This document shows positions 62,717-64,000 of a stretch of DNA of 64,000 nucleotides, piece by piece. Below the pieces are notes generated by a model, which saw nothing but the letters and a program-made list of their open reading frames with translations, searched no databases and was not told the DNA's origin. This DNA is from an uncultured virus (IMG/VR IMGVR_UViG_3300037245_004243) (Duplodnaviria > Heunggongvirae > Uroviricota > Caudoviricetes): positions 65,501 through 129,500 of IMG/VR virus record IMGVR_UViG_3300037245_004243; one strand, given 5' to 3'. The position numbers and the translations under genes were made by a program. The stretch's first letter is position 1. Each line of letters begins with the position of its first letter.

Positions 62717-62794
62717 CTTGGTGTAGCTCAGCCTGGTCAGAGCACCTGCTTTGGGAGCAGGGGGCCGGTGGTTCAAATCCACTCACCGAGACCA
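62717..62794 (+). tRNA. tRNA-Pro (anticodon UGG), CCA encoded
   Basis: CTTGGTGTAGCTCAGCCTGGTCAGAGCA CCTGC TTTGGGA GCAGG ... GGTTCAAATCC ... CACCGAG A CCA. Confidence 0.92.
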
Positions 62795-62809
62795 CCTCAA
62801 AAGGAATCC

Positions 62810-63064
62810 ATGAAATCTTTTAAACAAATATTTGAAGCAGAGACCATCGAAATTATGATTAGAGGGCCGCAAAAGCCGGTCATGAAACTCATCAAAAAAT
62901 TCAAAGGAAAGGTCGACAACGTCACCGATAAAGGGCATGCCATCGTCATTTTGCCAGCCAAAAATCTCAAAGATTTAAAAGATGAGATGTCTGGCCTCGG
63001 ATCAAAAGGATATGACTTGATGGTACCGAATGGAGATGGCGGATTCGAAGACGCAATGATATGA
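62810..63064 (+). CDS. Putative capsid-targeted internal protein
   Basis: RBS AAGGA, ATG 62810, leader MKSFKQIFE. Confidence 0.6.
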   Translation: MKSFKQIFEAETIEIMIRGPQKPVMKLIKKFKGKVDNVTDKGHAIVILPAKNLKDLKDEMSGLGSKGYDLMVPNGDGGFEDAMI

Positions 63065-63651
63065 AATCGTTTAAAAAACTTTTCGAAGCAGGTAAAAAAT
63101 CAGCAACCAAATCAGAGGCCGATGCCTTATATAAAAAGGTTGTGAGAGCACTCAGGCCGGAAATGGAACATGAAGTCCAAAAGAATGGACCTGATTGGGG
63201 CTTTTCGATTCGGGATGATAGATATTTCACCGGTCGTCCTGGCGAAGAGGACGATGATTGGCCGGATTTTACCGGAGAAAAAGAATTCATGCGTAAAATG
63301 AAACCTATCATGCGAGGGTATGATTGGTCATATAGTCCAGAAGAAAAAGACTGGATTAGCATTTCGGTCAAAGCCGCCAAGGACCCTGCCAAAGCGGCGG
63401 GAAAGGATAAAGGCAAAAAGACCAAGGATTTAGCCGGGGCAGCCAAGGCCGAATATGATAATATCGGTGATGTCTCCATTAGTGGAGATGGACAAGACGC
63501 TGTTAAATATCGAATATTCACAAAGGCATTTGCAAAGAGACTCAAGTCACTGAAACAAGCGAAAATTTCACATGATGATTATCATGCCATCGCTGCTCGC
63601 CAGCCTTTTCCTGATTGGAATTGGGCCGAGGAGATATGGCAATCAATATGA
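63061..63651 (+). CDS. Putative capsid-targeted internal protein
   Basis: Leader MKSFKKLFE. Confidence 0.6.
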   Translation: MKSFKKLFEAGKKSATKSEADALYKKVVRALRPEMEHEVQKNGPDWGFSIRDDRYFTGRPGEEDDDWPDFTGEKEFMRKMKPIMRGYDWSYSPEEKDWISISVKAAKDPAKAAGKDKGKKTKDLAGAAKAEYDNIGDVSISGDGQDAVKYRIFTKAFAKRLKSLKQAKISHDDYHAIAARQPFPDWNWAEEIWQSI

Positions 63652-64000
63652 CATCTTTCAAAACACTATTCGAAGCCGGGGATGAATATCCAAAGCTGAT
63701 TAAAAATTATCCTCGCGCCGGGGGCAAAGTGGATGGTCGCCGGGTGCTTAAAAACGTCGATAATACCGCTTCAATCGGTGCGACTTTAAACGATTGGGAT
63801 AGCCTTCCTGGCATTCGCAAAGTAAAAATGAAAGAATTCGGGGGACCGTTTTCGACATTTTATGCCAAGGACGACTTCGACCGGGCCAAAGCATTATCTG
63901 AAAAGATAAGGGAATCCGGTGAAATCTCGCCGCTAATCATAGTTATTGATGATGAGGGGCCGTATATTTTGGAAGGGGCGCATCGGTATGTCGCCCTGTA
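63648..64000 (+). CDS. Leader-bearing ParB/Srx-like protein (partial, runs off window end)
   Basis: ATGA overlap; MTSFKTLFE...ISPLIIVIDDEGPYILEGAHRYVAL. Confidence 0.6.
   Translation, partial: MTSFKTLFEAGDEYPKLIKNYPRAGGKVDGRRVLKNVDNTASIGATLNDWDSLPGIRKVKMKEFGGPFSTFYAKDDFDRAKALSEKIRESGEISPLIIVIDDEGPYILEGAHRYVAL

Noticed and set aside
1-64000. Alternative genetic code or stop-codon recoding
   Set aside because: All core genes are full length under the standard bacterial code, and TAA, TAG and TGA all occur as true ends.
1-64000. Assigning a specific host genus
   Set aside because: Spanin-like and FliA-like signals suggest a motile diderm bacterium, but nothing in the window identifies the taxon.

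Overview
A 64-kb segment of a large T4-like (Tevenvirinae-type architecture) myovirus genome. Genes read cleanly with the standard bacterial code. Minus strand 1-39.5 kb is the late/virion module: gp3, uvsY, uvsW, gp4, gp2, portal gp20, protease gp21, scaffold gp22, capsid gp23, gp48, gp53, gp27, gp5, PAAR, gp25, gp6, gp7-like, tail fibres/receptor-binding proteins, a lysis-like cassette, neck gp13 and tRNA-Ala. Plus strand 40.2-64 kb is the early/replication module: many small hypotheticals, a minimal ligase-like gene, gp55, gp47/gp46, MazG, Dam, RuvC-like, UvsX, gp41 and tRNA-Pro. Two signals stand out. (1) At least 25 otherwise unrelated small ORFs, all outside the early block, begin with one ~10-residue leader (MK[ST][FY]xx[IL][LFI]xE). 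It resembles the T4 internal-protein capsid-targeting sequence and ends in a gp21-type cleavage site. Five more ORFs carry two alternative shared leaders. This suggests a very large packaged and injected effector arsenal that includes ADP-ribosyltransferase-like and ParB/Srx-like domains. (2) The early genes sit behind a repeated promoter cassette carrying a near-perfect sigma28/FliA consensus (TAAA/TCAA-N15-GCCGATAA), in four copies interleaved with a sigma70 TTGAC[AT]-N17-TA[G]xAT promoter. The late promoter appears to be GGTAAATA rather than the T4 TATAAATA. All functional calls come from motif recognition by eye; no database searches were run.
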